From: Verrucomicrobiota bacterium
GTDB lineage: Bacteria > Verrucomicrobiota > Verrucomicrobiia > Opitutales > Seribacteraceae
Direction of reading: 5' to 3'
Assembly (NCBI GenBank): GCA_027622665.1
Contig: JAQBYT010000001.1
Span: forward strand, 384,001 to 448,000
Length of the DNA: 64,000 nucleotides
Shown: one piece after another, positions 41,162 through 52,236 of the stretch
Position numbering within the stretch: the stretch's first letter is position 1
How the letters are laid out: every line of letters starts with the position of its first letter
The notes under the pieces: model-generated
The model's database searches: none
What the model saw: the letters and a program-made list of their open reading frames with translations, nothing else
What the model was told of the DNA's origin: nothing
Position numbers and translations under genes: made by a program

Positions 41162-41923
41162 TTAAAGTCTAGCGGGGATACCTGCTTTGGCGAGTGCTTG
41201 CTTGGCTTCCAAAACAGTGTACTCTCCGAAGTGAAAGATACTGGCGGCCAGCACAGCCGATGCCTTACCGTCCCGTATGCCCTCCACGAGGTGACTTAAC
41301 TTTCCCACACCTCCGGAGGCAATGACCGGAACTTCCACTGCATCGCTTACGGCCCGAGTGAGCTTTAGGTCAAAGCCGATCTTGGTGCCGTCCCGGTCCA
41401 TGCTCGTAAGAAGAATTTCGCCGGCTCCCCGAGCGACTACTTCGCGAGCCCATTCCACCGCATCCAAATCTGTCGGTTTCCGTCCGCCGTGTGTGTATAC
41501 GCGCCAACTGGTGCCGTCGGGTTCGGCTTTGGCGTCGATTGCAACGACGATGCACTGGTTGCCAAATTTGGCGGCGGCGGCTTGAACTAGCTTTGGATCT
41601 ACAATTGCAGCGGTATTGAGGCTGACTTTATCCGCACCCGAAAGCAGCATTTGGCGGATATCCTCCACTGACCGTAGGCCGCCTCCCACCGTGAGCGGCA
41701 TGAAACAAGTCGAGGCCGTGCGTTCCACAACATCTCGCATAATGTTTCGCTCATCGCTGGAGGCCGTGATATCCAAGAATACCAATTCGTCGGCTCCTTG
41801 CTCCTCATAGGCTTGTGCTACGGATACGGGATCCCCGGCGTCACGCAGTTCCTTGAAGCGTATGCCTTTAACTACTCTTCCTTCGTCTACGTCGAGGCAT
41901 GGGATGACTCGTGCGGAGAGCAT
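41162..41923 (-). CDS. hisF: Imidazole glycerol phosphate synthase cyclase subunit
   Basis: [42 protein letters not shown]. Confidence 0.97.
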   Translation of the reverse strand: MLSARVIPCLDVDEGRVVKGIRFKELRDAGDPVSVAQAYEEQGADELVFLDITASSDERNIMRDVVERTASTCFMPLTVGGGLRSVEDIRQMLLSGADKVSLNTAAIVDPKLVQAAAAKFGNQCIVVAIDAKAEPDGTSWRVYTHGGRKPTDLDAVEWAREVVARGAGEILLTSMDRDGTKIGFDLKLTRAVSDAVEVPVIASGGVGKLSHLVEGIRDGKASAVLAASIFHFGEYTVLEAKQALAKAGIPARL

Positions 41924-41970
41924 GTGTGGCAAATAATTTCCGGAATATGAAAGAGAAGTTGCCGATGAAA

Positions 41971-43731
41971 TTATTCGTCGGCGAAAGCGATGTCCGGTTC
42001 GAACGATATCCGGAACTTGTACAGGATGCCCGGGCGCATCATGAGAGGGTGCTCTCGCCGTAGAAACTGAACATAGTGAACATTGCCTGCGTAGCCTCTG
42101 TATTCCGATTCGTCCGTCACGGTTTCAAAATCGCCCCAAGCGGCCATGAAATCGTCCTTTTCGACAGTGGGTCTCAAGCCTTCTGTGCCTTGGCGCAAGG
42201 TGGTGCCGAGGCGATAGGTAGAGTGGGGAGAGCCGATAACGATAGCGTATCTCATGCTGTCCATCGTTACCGGGTTTTTAACGCGAAAGGTGAATTCGGA
42301 AGTGACCTTCCCCGGAGCAAAGGTCCATTGTACTTGGCAGCTACCTAAACCGTAGGCGAAGGTGCCGTCTGTTTGGACCAAGTCCGGTTGCTCGAAGCGT
42401 AGGTAAAACGAATTTCGTGGGCCAATCCCCGTAACGCAATTTTTTCCGTAGTAGGAGGGTATTACGACTTGATCGCCGAAAGTAAGTTCCGGCAAAAGTA
42501 CGGGTAGGTATTTGTTGACAGGCCAGTCGAAGATTCCTTGGCAATGAGGAAAGGCAAGCGAATCGGAAGTAATCTGATCACCGGGACCGATTAGGGGTAG
42601 TTGAAACTGTATTCCGGCGTTTTCGTCCCGAAAGAGGAACAGGCCGTGTTCTTTCTTGTGAGATTTATCGAATATTACGAATCGGCCACCCGTTTTCGAG
42701 CGATTCGGGGTTGGTACGCGTAGCGAGCCTCCAATCACACGGGCTAGCCGTGACCATTGGCATAGATAGCGAGCGGCATCGAAGTTGGCCATCCGAGTCG
42801 TGTGGTTTTCGACCGTGTTGCGCTCGTTGTCGCGTATCATGAGAAGTCCGTTTTCCTGATCCAAATAGGTAACGAAGAAATATTGGAAAAGGCGGCGCAA
42901 CGTATCTAAATAAAGTGGTATCTTTTCTTCGGGCACCCAGTGATCACGCATGGCTTGAAGAATCAAGCTAATGCAATGGAATTGCCCATAGGCACCAACG
43001 GAACGTCCGTAACTCCAGCCCAAGCCGTCTTGACGGCATATATCCGGAATGATGCGGAGGTATTTTTCGGCAAAAGTGCGTAGCTTCGGCAATTTACGGT
43101 CCTTCAGGTGTACATTTGCGTGTAGCTGTAGGGATTGCCTGATAAAGATAAAGGAGAGGGCGCCGTAGATGTCATAAACACCCCCGAAGCCCTCGGGATT
43201 GTTGTCGCAGAAGCCGGCAGAACTGTGCTCTTGAATGCGGTCCACGAATTGATCGATCAGTTTTCCCGTCTCGTCTTTTTTGGAGAGTCCAAGGCTGAAT
43301 CGGGAAACGGACTTTGCGATGTTGAAGGACTGAAAGTGGTTGTTGTAATCGGAACGGGAAAGAAGGCGTTGGTCGAGTTGCTCGCGGGTGGGGTCGAGAA
43401 GGCGCTCCCAAACTTCATTTCGTTCTTTGGCGGCACCGAATGAAAGCAACCCTAGGGCGGCGTAAGCGAGACCGTTTTCACTTTCTTCGGAGGCAAAGGC
43501 TTGATGGGTGATGCAACGAGCCGCGAGGTCGTTCAGGTCATGACCTTCCAGTTCCGTTTCCCCGCTGGCGCGAAAGTACTCGCCTATCGCTAGTGCGGCG
43601 TGGCCGGATTCGTCAATTCTTGTGTTTTCTCCGGCGGCGGCGGCGATTGATCCCGCGTCACTGATGTATTGAAGATTGTTGCCAAGGATCGATCGAGCCA
43701 AGTCCATGCACTGGTCGGCGAAGTTTTGCAT
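41971..43731 (-). CDS. Hypothetical protein (helical N-terminal half, beta-rich C-terminal half; possibly lyase/DUF2264-like fold)
   Basis: 586-aa ORF in a co-oriented run with rho and hisF; YGRS motif; function not recognisable. Confidence 0.6.
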   Translation of the reverse strand: MQNFADQCMDLARSILGNNLQYISDAGSIAAAAGENTRIDESGHAALAIGEYFRASGETELEGHDLNDLAARCITHQAFASEESENGLAYAALGLLSFGAAKERNEVWERLLDPTREQLDQRLLSRSDYNNHFQSFNIAKSVSRFSLGLSKKDETGKLIDQFVDRIQEHSSAGFCDNNPEGFGGVYDIYGALSFIFIRQSLQLHANVHLKDRKLPKLRTFAEKYLRIIPDICRQDGLGWSYGRSVGAYGQFHCISLILQAMRDHWVPEEKIPLYLDTLRRLFQYFFVTYLDQENGLLMIRDNERNTVENHTTRMANFDAARYLCQWSRLARVIGGSLRVPTPNRSKTGGRFVIFDKSHKKEHGLFLFRDENAGIQFQLPLIGPGDQITSDSLAFPHCQGIFDWPVNKYLPVLLPELTFGDQVVIPSYYGKNCVTGIGPRNSFYLRFEQPDLVQTDGTFAYGLGSCQVQWTFAPGKVTSEFTFRVKNPVTMDSMRYAIVIGSPHSTYRLGTTLRQGTEGLRPTVEKDDFMAAWGDFETVTDESEYRGYAGNVHYVQFLRREHPLMMRPGILYKFRISFEPDIAFADE

Positions 43732-43803
43732 GCGGGTAGTAGGTAGTAAAGCGTAGGGAAAAGGATGGAAAAAATGTCTGCTTACGGGCTTCGAGTCAAT
43801 ATG

Positions 43804-44940
43804 TTAAGCAGTGGTGATTAGTTTAAGAAACTCTTTGTTGTCGGCAGTTTTTTCCATTCGTTCTATTAGGGTCTCGGCAGCATCCGCGATTTTCATGGGA
43901 GCCATGGCTCGCCGGACGAACGAGGATTTTTCCAAGACCTCGGGTGATAACAAGTCCTCCTCTTTACGAGTGCCGGAGGCGGCGAGGTTGATGGCGGGCC
44001 AGAGTCGAAGTTCCGCAACCTTGCGGTCGAGAACTATCTCGCTGTTCCCGGTACCCTTGAATTCTTGAAATATAAGTTCGTCCATCTTGGAGCCGGTTTC
44101 CACTAGAGCAGTGGCCACGATCGTTAGGCTGCCGGCTTCTTCCGAATTTCGTGCGGCGGAAAATATCTGTCTAGGTTTTTCAAGCGCCCTGGCGTCCAAT
44201 CCCCCCGTCATGGTTCGCCCTCCCTTGCCGGTGGCGGCATTGTACGCTCGCGATAGGCGTGTGATCGAATCTAGCAACAGGACCACGTCTTTTCCGGTTT
44301 CCACTAACCGTTTGGCTCGCTCGATGGCCAATTCGGCAACGCGCAGATGGTTCTTTACTTCTTCGTCGTTGGACGAGGCGTATATTTCGGCGGGAACGGA
44401 CCTGCGAAAGTCGGTGACCTCCTCGGGCCTTTCATCCACCAATAAAACCATTAGGTGGCACTCCGGGTGATTTTCTTCCACACCTTTTGCGATATCGTGC
44501 AATATGGTGGTCTTTCCCGTCCTCGGCGGAGCGACAATGAGTGCGCGTTGCCCTTTGCCGATGGGGCAAAACATGTCAATGATTCGGGAGGTCATTCGTC
44601 CGTCACTTACTTCGAGAGTCAATTTTTCTTTTGGCTGGATAGTGGTAAGTTGATCGAAGCGAAACTGAATCTTTCTCTCGTTGATCGACAAACCATCAAC
44701 GGTCTCGATGAAGCGAACCTTTGGGTTGCCATACTTATTGTCGGACGTTGCGTTGGCGGTTAAGTGAGACCCCTTCCGTAGTTTGAAGCGTCGCAACAGC
44801 TCGCGAGGAACAAAGGGATCGTGGGGGGTTGTTTTACCCCCCCTTGAGAGATCAAGCAAGATGCCCGACTTGTTTTCAGTCGGTTCCAAGATGCCCTCGA
44901 CCTGAATAAGGTCTTGAGGCGGACTGTTGTTTTCGCTCAT
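43804..44940 (-). CDS. rho: Transcription termination factor Rho
   Basis: [58 protein letters not shown]. Confidence 0.96.
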   Translation of the reverse strand: MSENNSPPQDLIQVEGILEPTENKSGILLDLSRGGKTTPHDPFVPRELLRRFKLRKGSHLTANATSDNKYGNPKVRFIETVDGLSINERKIQFRFDQLTTIQPKEKLTLEVSDGRMTSRIIDMFCPIGKGQRALIVAPPRTGKTTILHDIAKGVEENHPECHLMVLLVDERPEEVTDFRRSVPAEIYASSNDEEVKNHLRVAELAIERAKRLVETGKDVVLLLDSITRLSRAYNAATGKGGRTMTGGLDARALEKPRQIFSAARNSEEAGSLTIVATALVETGSKMDELIFQEFKGTGNSEIVLDRKVAELRLWPAINLAASGTRKEEDLLSPEVLEKSSFVRRAMAPMKIADAAETLIERMEKTADNKEFLKLITTA

Positions 44941-45196
44941 GGACCAGAAAGGCGTTGTTAATGATGGGTCCGTAATTTGCATGACATTGGGCATGCTTAT
45001 GTAGGGATTTATCAGTGAATCGCCTTTGCTTCATCGGGTGAAGTCTCGCGTCATGTGAATGGCTTGTTGCGAGAAGCGTTCGCTGAATCTTCACCCATCA
45101 TGAAAATAGGTGCGGTGGAGTCAACCATTGAAAACAGAATTTAGCGAAAGGTTTTGTCTTTCCTTTCAGTTAGCCTAATTCATAGGAGCCTAATTC

Positions 45197-46720
45197 ATGA
45201 AAAAGTTTTACCTCACTACGGCTATAGACTACGCAAACGGTTCACCGCATCTTGGCCATGCCTACGAAAAAGTGTTATCGGATGTTATCGTGCGGCATCG
45301 CCGGCTCTTAGGCGTGGACGTCCATTTCTTAACGGGTTTGGACGAACACGGACAAAAGGTGCAACAGGGAGCTCGGGCGGAGGGGATGGAACCCCAGGAA
45401 CGGTGTGACCTTATTGCGGAAGAGTTTATCGTACTGTTGGAAAAACTCCGGATATCCAACGACGATTATCTGCGTACCACTCAGGATCGGCACAAACGAG
45501 TTGTCCGCACTCTCCTGCAGCAACTTTATGATCGAGGAGAAATTTATCAGGCTGAATACTGTGGATACTACTCTTCCCGAGCCGAACAGTTCCTGCAGGA
45601 AAAGGACAAAGTCGATGGGAAGTGGCCCGAAATCTTCGGGGAGGTTGTGGAAGTGACCGAAAGCAATTATTTTTTCAAGCTCGGGCAATACCAAGAATGG
45701 TTAATCGATTTCCTCTCGGAGAATGACGATTTCATACAGCCTGAATTTCGCCGCAATCAAGTGCTGGAGTTCTTGAAGGAACCAATTAACGACCTTTGCA
45801 TCTCCAGACCTCGCGAGAGGCTGGAGTGGGGTATTCCCCTGCCATTTGATGAAAGTTACGTGACCTATGTCTGGTTTGACGCTCTCGTGAACTACGTGTC
45901 CGCTGCCGGATTTGGCGATGAAGGATTCGATTCCCTGTGGCCAGCCGACGTACATGTCATCGGCAAGGACATTTTAGTTCCTCCTCATTCCGTTTACTGG
46001 CCCATAATGCTGAAGGCCTGCGGACTGCCTTTGCCAAAAAGTATTTTGGTGCACGGATGGTGGATGATCTCCGGAGCCAAAATGTCAAAGAGTACGGGTG
46101 AATCGGTAGATCCTTTGGAGTTGGTCGACCTTCGTGGAGCCGATGCCTTTCGTTATTTTGTGATGCGCGAAATGACCGTTGGGCAAGACGCCGACTTTAC
46201 TCTCGAACGCTTCGACTCTCGCTATCATGCCGATCTCGGTAACGATCTGGGCAATCTGCTAAGCCGCATCCTGAACATGACAGCTCGTTATTGCGACGGC
46301 AAGGTGCCCGAAGCCACTATTGCGGAGAAGCCTGAGTCCGACCTCGCCGACTTATGGGACGAGGCCCATGTCGGAGCACGAGAACTTTTCGATGAATACA
46401 AGTTTAACTTGGGCCTCGAAAAAATCTTTGTATTCATTCGAGGGATAAATCGTTATGCCGAGGAGCGCTCGCCGTGGAAACTTGCAAAATCCGAGGCGAT
46501 TGAGGATCGCGCCAAACTAGAGACCTCGCTGGCCTTTATCGTCGAGGCTCTTCGCTTGGCCGTGGCATTGCTTGCACCCGTTATGCCAGGCGTTAACGAT
46601 CAGGTGAACAAACTACTTGGAATTGCCGCAACCACCTTATGGGAGGAAGACTTGGTTTGGGATCATCGTCTTGCGGGGAACGCGCTTGGTCCGAAAACGA
46701 TTTTATTTCCGAGGGATTAG
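45197..46720 (+). CDS. metG: Methionine--tRNA ligase (no C-terminal tRNA-binding appendix)
   Basis: TTAIDYANGSPHLGHAY, TGLDEHGQK, YVWFDAL, KMSKS. Confidence 0.96.
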   Translation: MKKFYLTTAIDYANGSPHLGHAYEKVLSDVIVRHRRLLGVDVHFLTGLDEHGQKVQQGARAEGMEPQERCDLIAEEFIVLLEKLRISNDDYLRTTQDRHKRVVRTLLQQLYDRGEIYQAEYCGYYSSRAEQFLQEKDKVDGKWPEIFGEVVEVTESNYFFKLGQYQEWLIDFLSENDDFIQPEFRRNQVLEFLKEPINDLCISRPRERLEWGIPLPFDESYVTYVWFDALVNYVSAAGFGDEGFDSLWPADVHVIGKDILVPPHSVYWPIMLKACGLPLPKSILVHGWWMISGAKMSKSTGESVDPLELVDLRGADAFRYFVMREMTVGQDADFTLERFDSRYHADLGNDLGNLLSRILNMTARYCDGKVPEATIAEKPESDLADLWDEAHVGARELFDEYKFNLGLEKIFVFIRGINRYAEERSPWKLAKSEAIEDRAKLETSLAFIVEALRLAVALLAPVMPGVNDQVNKLLGIAATTLWEEDLVWDHRLAGNALGPKTILFPRD

Positions 46721-48039
46721 GAACCTTTGGGATCGGTCTTTCCGGAAGGTTCTTTGAGTCTAACCGTCGTTGCAATCACGCGAGTCTCGTCGGCCTGTTC
46801 TATCTCCACCAAGAGATTTCCAAGTTCCACCTTCTCGCCGGCCTCGGGTATTCTTCCTAGTTGACCAGTGAGCGTGCCACCGAAGGTCGCGGCGTCTTCA
46901 TCTTCATCGCCAAGATCAAATGCATCGGGAAGTTCGTGAACGGGAGCCATTCCCGACACTCGCCAAAAGTCAGCATCTTCTTGAATGATAAAATCCTCTT
47001 CCACATCAAATTCGTCTCGAATCTCTCCCACTACTTCTTCCAGAATGTCCTCTAGCGTAAGTGCGCCCACCGTTCCACCGAATTCATCTAGAACCATGGC
47101 CATGTGAGCTCGATGCTGAAGCAATTGCCTCAATGCTACGGGGAGAGGGTCGGAGGGAGAAAAGTTCGGAGCTCGCCTCGCAAGATTTCGCAAGTCCACT
47201 TTCTTTCCTTCTGCCAAAAGGCGAAATATGCCCTTCACGTGAACGATTCCTAGGCATCGATCTAAATCGCCATCGCACAACGGCAGTCGGGTATGCCCGC
47301 AGGAGCTAGCGATCGAGAGATTTTCCTCGATCGAGTCATTCGCATCCAGAAAGCGAACCTGATTCCGGGGCATGAGGGCGTCCTGAACGTCTAGATTCCT
47401 AAGATCGAGGGTATTCCCAACAATTTCGCGAATCTCGGGATGCAGCTCCGACCCTTCTTCTTGTAGAGTCTTAATGTGCTCCGCCACTTCCTCTTCCGAC
47501 TCACCCGTTTCCTTCTCTTTGCCGATTATTACGCAAAGGAAGTTTTCCTTGAGGGCGAGTATGTAGCGCAAGGGTTTGCAAAGCAGTCTTATTGCGTGCA
47601 TGGCGGGAGTTGCAGCTCGCATGTGCCAAGCGGCAAACGGACGGGCCGCTACCATCGGCCCCAGAATCCCGATGATCGTTCTCTCCGCTAACAGAACAAG
47701 AAGAAATGCTGCGGCAGCCAGACAGTATGCAGCCCAGACCGCAGTAGACCCGGAGAGTCCTCTCAATAATCCATAAAAAGCGAAAAATCCAAAGGTTACC
47801 TGAACGGCCGAAAGCGTTGCCGCTTCTACGCTCCACGGGCGAAACTCGTTATCAGAATCCAGAAGCCGGCCAACCAATTTTCCTTTTCGCAATACTTCTT
47901 CCGAGGACGTGGAGGCTCCCGCCCGAATCCTGTCTACGAATGCGCGGTAAACCGCTACTTGATGACCCCACACGGAGGCAAGAACCCACCCCGCAAGTAA
48001 CCATGGAATGCTTTCTTGAAGAAGAAGACCTAGGCTCAT
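46717..48039 (-). CDS. Hemolysin-family CNNM/CBS/CorC transporter-associated protein
   Basis: TM N-terminus; MPRNQV, HTRLPL, VLDEFGGTVGALTLEDILEEVVGEIRDEFD. Confidence 0.9.
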   Translation of the reverse strand: MSLGLLLQESIPWLLAGWVLASVWGHQVAVYRAFVDRIRAGASTSSEEVLRKGKLVGRLLDSDNEFRPWSVEAATLSAVQVTFGFFAFYGLLRGLSGSTAVWAAYCLAAAAFLLVLLAERTIIGILGPMVAARPFAAWHMRAATPAMHAIRLLCKPLRYILALKENFLCVIIGKEKETGESEEEVAEHIKTLQEEGSELHPEIREIVGNTLDLRNLDVQDALMPRNQVRFLDANDSIEENLSIASSCGHTRLPLCDGDLDRCLGIVHVKGIFRLLAEGKKVDLRNLARRAPNFSPSDPLPVALRQLLQHRAHMAMVLDEFGGTVGALTLEDILEEVVGEIRDEFDVEEDFIIQEDADFWRVSGMAPVHELPDAFDLGDEDEDAATFGGTLTGQLGRIPEAGEKVELGNLLVEIEQADETRVIATTVRLKEPSGKTDPKGS

Positions 48040-49145
48040 CCGTGTTTCATAGAGACATTGGCAAGTGATGCGCCCAAGGTGTCGAGTGCTTTATTGTTTT
48101 GTTCCCGAGTGCCAACCGTCAAACGAATGTATTTCGATAGACCTCCCCCGAAGGAACGTACGATGACCCCATGTTTCTGCAACTCGGCAAATATTGCTTC
48201 TCCATCTCCCACTTTTACGAGAATAAAATTTGCTTGGCTCGGGACATATTCCAAACCCAAGGCCGAGAAACCTGCTTCTAGTTGCGAAAGGCCGGCCTTA
48301 TTTGCTTGGCGACATTGAGTCGTCCACTCCTCGTCTCCCAGGGCGGCTTGGGCAGCAGCTTGAGCTATGGAGTTGGCATTGAATGGCTGCCGCGCCCTAT
48401 GAAGAAGAGCCGCCATGGCTTCGCCGGAGTAACCGTATCCGAGGCGAAGTCCCGCCAGTCCATGGATTTTAGAGAATGTTCGCAGACAAATTATGTTCCG
48501 ACCCTCCTCGATGAGGGGTAGCAAATTAGGGGTGACTTCGAGGTATTCCGCATAGGCCTCGTCAAAGCAAAAGACGACGTGTTCGGGCAACCCTTCTGCA
48601 AACCGCACGATCTCATCGGCCTCGTTGGCCGTGCCCGTTGGGTTGTTCGGGCTAGCTAGAAAGACAAGGCGAGTCTTGTCGGAAATCGCCTCTTTCATTG
48701 CCTCTAGGTCGTGACGAAATTCCGGCATCGGAACTTCCACCGCAGTGGCTCCGAACAAATGGGCCACCAGTTTGTAGACGACGAATGAAAACTGCCCGGC
48801 CACAATCTCGTCACCCGGTTGCAAGAACACATGGCCTAGAAGCTCGATAATTTCATTTGAGCCATTTCCCAGAACAATTTGTTCGGCGCGGATGTTTCGA
48901 ACCTGTGCAATTTTTTTTCTTAGCTCGAGGCCCCCTCCCTCGGGATAGAGCCTTATGTCCTTTAACGCCCTTTCGGCAGCAGCAAGTGCTTTGGGCGAGG
49001 GCCCCAAAGGGTTTTCGTTGGAAGCCAACTTGCAAACATCTCTAGGGTCCAGCCCGTACTCGGCCGCCACTTGTTCAATGGGCTTGCCCGGTAGATAGAC
49101 GGGTTGTTCCCGAATATGACTATTCGCGAGGTCGGAGATATTCAT
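48036..49145 (-). CDS. hisC: Histidinol-phosphate aminotransferase
   Basis: KLASNENPLGPSP, GNGSNEII, PNNPTG, DEAY, RTFSKIHGLAGLRLGY. Confidence 0.95.
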   Translation of the reverse strand: MNISDLANSHIREQPVYLPGKPIEQVAAEYGLDPRDVCKLASNENPLGPSPKALAAAERALKDIRLYPEGGGLELRKKIAQVRNIRAEQIVLGNGSNEIIELLGHVFLQPGDEIVAGQFSFVVYKLVAHLFGATAVEVPMPEFRHDLEAMKEAISDKTRLVFLASPNNPTGTANEADEIVRFAEGLPEHVVFCFDEAYAEYLEVTPNLLPLIEEGRNIICLRTFSKIHGLAGLRLGYGYSGEAMAALLHRARQPFNANSIAQAAAQAALGDEEWTTQCRQANKAGLSQLEAGFSALGLEYVPSQANFILVKVGDGEAIFAELQKHGVIVRSFGGGLSKYIRLTVGTREQNNKALDTLGASLANVSMKHG

Positions 49146-49256
49146 CCGTATGCATATAGATTTGTACGCTAGATTTAGCTGCGATTGGAAGCAAGGAAAA
49201 GCCCATCGTTCATGTATCGGCTTGAGGCCGGCTTGGAGCATGATAAGTTTGCAAAT

Positions 49257-50219
49257 GTGAAAATTGCTATTTTAGGAGCTTCCGGACTACTTGGATCCGC
49301 TGTTTGTCGTGCTGCCCGGCGCCGTAAATATAAGGTGCACCCCTTTTCTTTTTCAGGAGCCGATAACTTACCCGAGGTGGGACCGATCGGATCTCTAGAC
49401 CTTCTTGAAGGCGAAGAACTCGCTCGTACCCTGTTTGATCTCTGGCCGGAAGTCATTGTCAACTGTGCAGCCGTTTCTTCTCCCGATACCGTTGATGAGG
49501 ATCCCGTTCATGCTCGAAGGGTGAATGTAGATGCCGCTGAAAAACTTGGTCAAATAGCATCGCACCTAGGCGTTCGCTACCTTCATGTTTCTACCGATCT
49601 GGTGTTTGACGGAACCGCTTCCCCGTACAGGTCCACGGATGTTCCTGCTCCCGTTAACGAGTATGGGCGGCAGAAACTAGATGCAGAAACTCGCGTTCTC
49701 GAAGCTTGTGAAGACAATGTGGTTGTTCTGCGCATTACCCTGTTGAACGGGAACAGCCCAATGGGTCAGCGCAGTCAGCACGAAAAACTTCTGCGCGTGA
49801 TAGTTGCCGGTCAGACCCCAACCTTGTTTGAGGATGAATTTCGTCAGCCAAGTTCAGTTGACAATGTGGCTGATGTGCTTGTGGAATTGTGTGAACGTCC
49901 GCAATTGAACGGTTTGTTTCATTGGGCAGGAAGCGAACGCCTAAGTCGTTATGAATTGGGACTTCGCATTTTCGAACGTTTCGGCCTGTCTCCCGAATTC
50001 TTAGCAAAGGGTAAGCGGGCCGACCTTGCCGACAAGCTGGGCGAACGTCCCGGCGATCTCGCTTTTGTGCTCGAACCGCTTGTGGGAAAACTCAAAACAC
50101 AGCCATCCGACGTTTCCTCTCAGCTTGAGGAGCTTCGTATTCCCGATGACTTGTACGATTGGTACCGAGATCATGCCGAGGATTCTTCACGCTATATCCG
50201 CCGATTCAAGATTTCTTGA
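49257..50219 (+). CDS. RmlD-like extended SDR (dTDP-4-dehydrorhamnose reductase family)
   Basis: ILGASGLLG, VNCAA, HVSTDLVFDG, PVNEYGRQK. Confidence 0.85.
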   Translation: MKIAILGASGLLGSAVCRAARRRKYKVHPFSFSGADNLPEVGPIGSLDLLEGEELARTLFDLWPEVIVNCAAVSSPDTVDEDPVHARRVNVDAAEKLGQIASHLGVRYLHVSTDLVFDGTASPYRSTDVPAPVNEYGRQKLDAETRVLEACEDNVVVLRITLLNGNSPMGQRSQHEKLLRVIVAGQTPTLFEDEFRQPSSVDNVADVLVELCERPQLNGLFHWAGSERLSRYELGLRIFERFGLSPEFLAKGKRADLADKLGERPGDLAFVLEPLVGKLKTQPSDVSSQLEELRIPDDLYDWYRDHAEDSSRYIRRFKIS

Positions 50220-50226
50220 GCGTCCC

Positions 50227-50970
50227 ATGCCCGATTCTTTTCTCATCCTTCCTTTTTTGTGCGAATCCGCAGCCGTCAACATGGCTACTGACCTGTGGCT
50301 TTTTCAGGAGTACCCCGAAGCCTCTCTGCCCCGTTTTCGCCGCTTTGCGTGGAATCGACCTTCTGTTACTTTCGGGTATGGGCAGGACTTTTCTTGGGTG
50401 CTCGAGGAAACCAAATGCGCTGAGATTGACCTCTGTCGTCGCCCCACCGGTGGAGGGATCGTAAAGCATGGCGAGGATTGGACCTATTCGCTTGTCTTCC
50501 CTCCTTCTCATCATGTGTGCGAGGGTTCGGCGAGCGAGGTCTATTTGCATGTACATCGCGCAATTTCGGTCTCCCTCGCGAAATGTGGCGTGGATACGGT
50601 ATTGCTTCCTTGCAAGGAAGGCAGTTGTTCTGTCACGCCTCGCAAAGTTATCCCCGGACGGTGTTTCCTTGAGCCTGTCGCCCGCGACGTTATCTTGTCC
50701 GCGACTGATTCCAAAATTGCCGGTGCTGCGATAAAACGGACTCGAGCCGGTCTGCTCCTGCAGGGAACTATCGATGCGCGGGTACTTCCAAAGGTAAATT
50801 GGAATTTTTTCGAAACATTGTTCCTTGCAGAACTTTCTGCCTATCTTGGCGCCGAACCTGAACTCGCCGAGTGGCCTCAATCCTTCGAGAGTTCTCGCAA
50901 GCCTTATGTGGAGCAGTTCGCCTCTACGGGTTGGCTTCGTGAGAGGAAGGCGACTCTTTCACGAAAGTGA
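50227..50970 (+). CDS. Lipoate-protein ligase A / LipM-like (BPL_LplA_LipB family)
   Basis: NMATDLWL, RRPTGGGIVKH, KIAGAA, LLQGTI. Confidence 0.88.
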   Translation: MPDSFLILPFLCESAAVNMATDLWLFQEYPEASLPRFRRFAWNRPSVTFGYGQDFSWVLEETKCAEIDLCRRPTGGGIVKHGEDWTYSLVFPPSHHVCEGSASEVYLHVHRAISVSLAKCGVDTVLLPCKEGSCSVTPRKVIPGRCFLEPVARDVILSATDSKIAGAAIKRTRAGLLLQGTIDARVLPKVNWNFFETLFLAELSAYLGAEPELAEWPQSFESSRKPYVEQFASTGWLRERKATLSRK

Positions 50971-52165
50971 GCACGTTTTCCACATGCCGCGTTTGCGGAA
51001 AAAGATCAAATGGTTGTGCCTTTACGATGGCATAACCACCTTCTATCAGATATTGAGAGTCCCTTGCCTGAGTGGAGGGGTCGCATGAAACATAGATGAT
51101 GCGAGCTGGCCCGAACGCCAGAGCTTGCCTAAGAAAATCATCGCCGCAACCCTTACGTGGCGGATCCACCACCAGAGAGCACGACTCGCCCGAAATGTTT
51201 ACCTCGGCAAAGATTTCAGAGGCATTACCTAGCAGAAACTCACAATTTTCGATCCGGTTAACAACGGCATTCGCTCGTGCCCAGTCAAAACCGTCTCGAC
51301 TTATCTCCACTCCCATTACTCGGGCGAAGCGTTTGGCTGCCGAGAGTGCGAACAGGCCGCCGCCACAGTAAGCGTCGACCAAGCATTCGAGTCCCTCTCC
51401 TTCGGCCTCCGACACCACGTGACTTACCATTTCGGGAAGCAGGAAAGAATTATTTTGAAAAAATTCGCCTGCTTTGAATTGAAAAACGAGGTCGTTCACA
51501 GTTTCTGAAACAATGGCTTGAGAGTCTGTCGTCACTCCTTCTTGTGTATCTCTAAGAAGCAAGGTGCCTCCCTTTTTCCTTTTCCAAGTTGACCTTAAAT
51601 TTTGGCGGGCTTCCGCGAGAGCTGCATTGATACCTTCTGTGGCGATGGGACATTGAGGCACATCCAAGATAGTACGGCGTGAACCTTGTCGGAGGAAGCC
51701 AATGGCACCGATTTCTCCATCTTTATCTTTTTGAAAATGAGGAGTAAGCTTAGAACGGTAACCGTAGGGTTTGGGGGAGGGAAATACGGGCAACACCTCT
51801 ATGTCCACTCCTCCGATACGGTTCATTGACTCTTTTACATGTCGTTGCTTCCATTCGAGTTGGGCTTTGTAGGAGACATGCTGGTACTGGCAGCCTCCGC
51901 AATCCGAGTATAATGGGCAAACAGGTTCCACTCGCTCCGGAGAAGATTCCAGTACCTCGATGCAGTCTGCGACCGAATAGCTTGTGTGATTTCGGTACAC
52001 GCGAGCCTTTATGGTTTCGCCCGGCAGGACGTGAGCGACCTGCACCACCCAATCGCCGTCTCGAGCTATTCCTCGTCCAAGGTTCGTCAAATCTTCCACA
52101 CGCAGTGTGAGCTCTTCGTGGTATTCGTATGGTTCTGGGCGAAAGTTTTTCGGGGCTTGCATCAT
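50924..52165 (-). CDS. TRAM-domain rRNA (uracil-5)-methyltransferase, RlmD/TrmA family
   Basis: CPLYSDCGGC Fe-S motif, FFQNN, DAYCGGGLF, DPPRKG, IYVSCDP, DLFPQTRHVE. Confidence 0.92.
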   Translation of the reverse strand: MMQAPKNFRPEPYEYHEELTLRVEDLTNLGRGIARDGDWVVQVAHVLPGETIKARVYRNHTSYSVADCIEVLESSPERVEPVCPLYSDCGGCQYQHVSYKAQLEWKQRHVKESMNRIGGVDIEVLPVFPSPKPYGYRSKLTPHFQKDKDGEIGAIGFLRQGSRRTILDVPQCPIATEGINAALAEARQNLRSTWKRKKGGTLLLRDTQEGVTTDSQAIVSETVNDLVFQFKAGEFFQNNSFLLPEMVSHVVSEAEGEGLECLVDAYCGGGLFALSAAKRFARVMGVEISRDGFDWARANAVVNRIENCEFLLGNASEIFAEVNISGESCSLVVDPPRKGCGDDFLRQALAFGPARIIYVSCDPSTQARDSQYLIEGGYAIVKAQPFDLFPQTRHVENVLTFVKESPSSHEANP

Positions 52166-52236
52166 AAGAAAATCTTTATCTTGCTCGACCGTTGTATGCA
52201 AAACCGTTTTTTACAGTAGTCTTGAGTGAAGTCATT

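Noticed and set aside
50026..50226. ORF-track N-terminal extensions of the ligase (likewise hisC, trxB, PilM-like)
   Set aside because: They overlap neighbouring genes; family homology starts at downstream start codons
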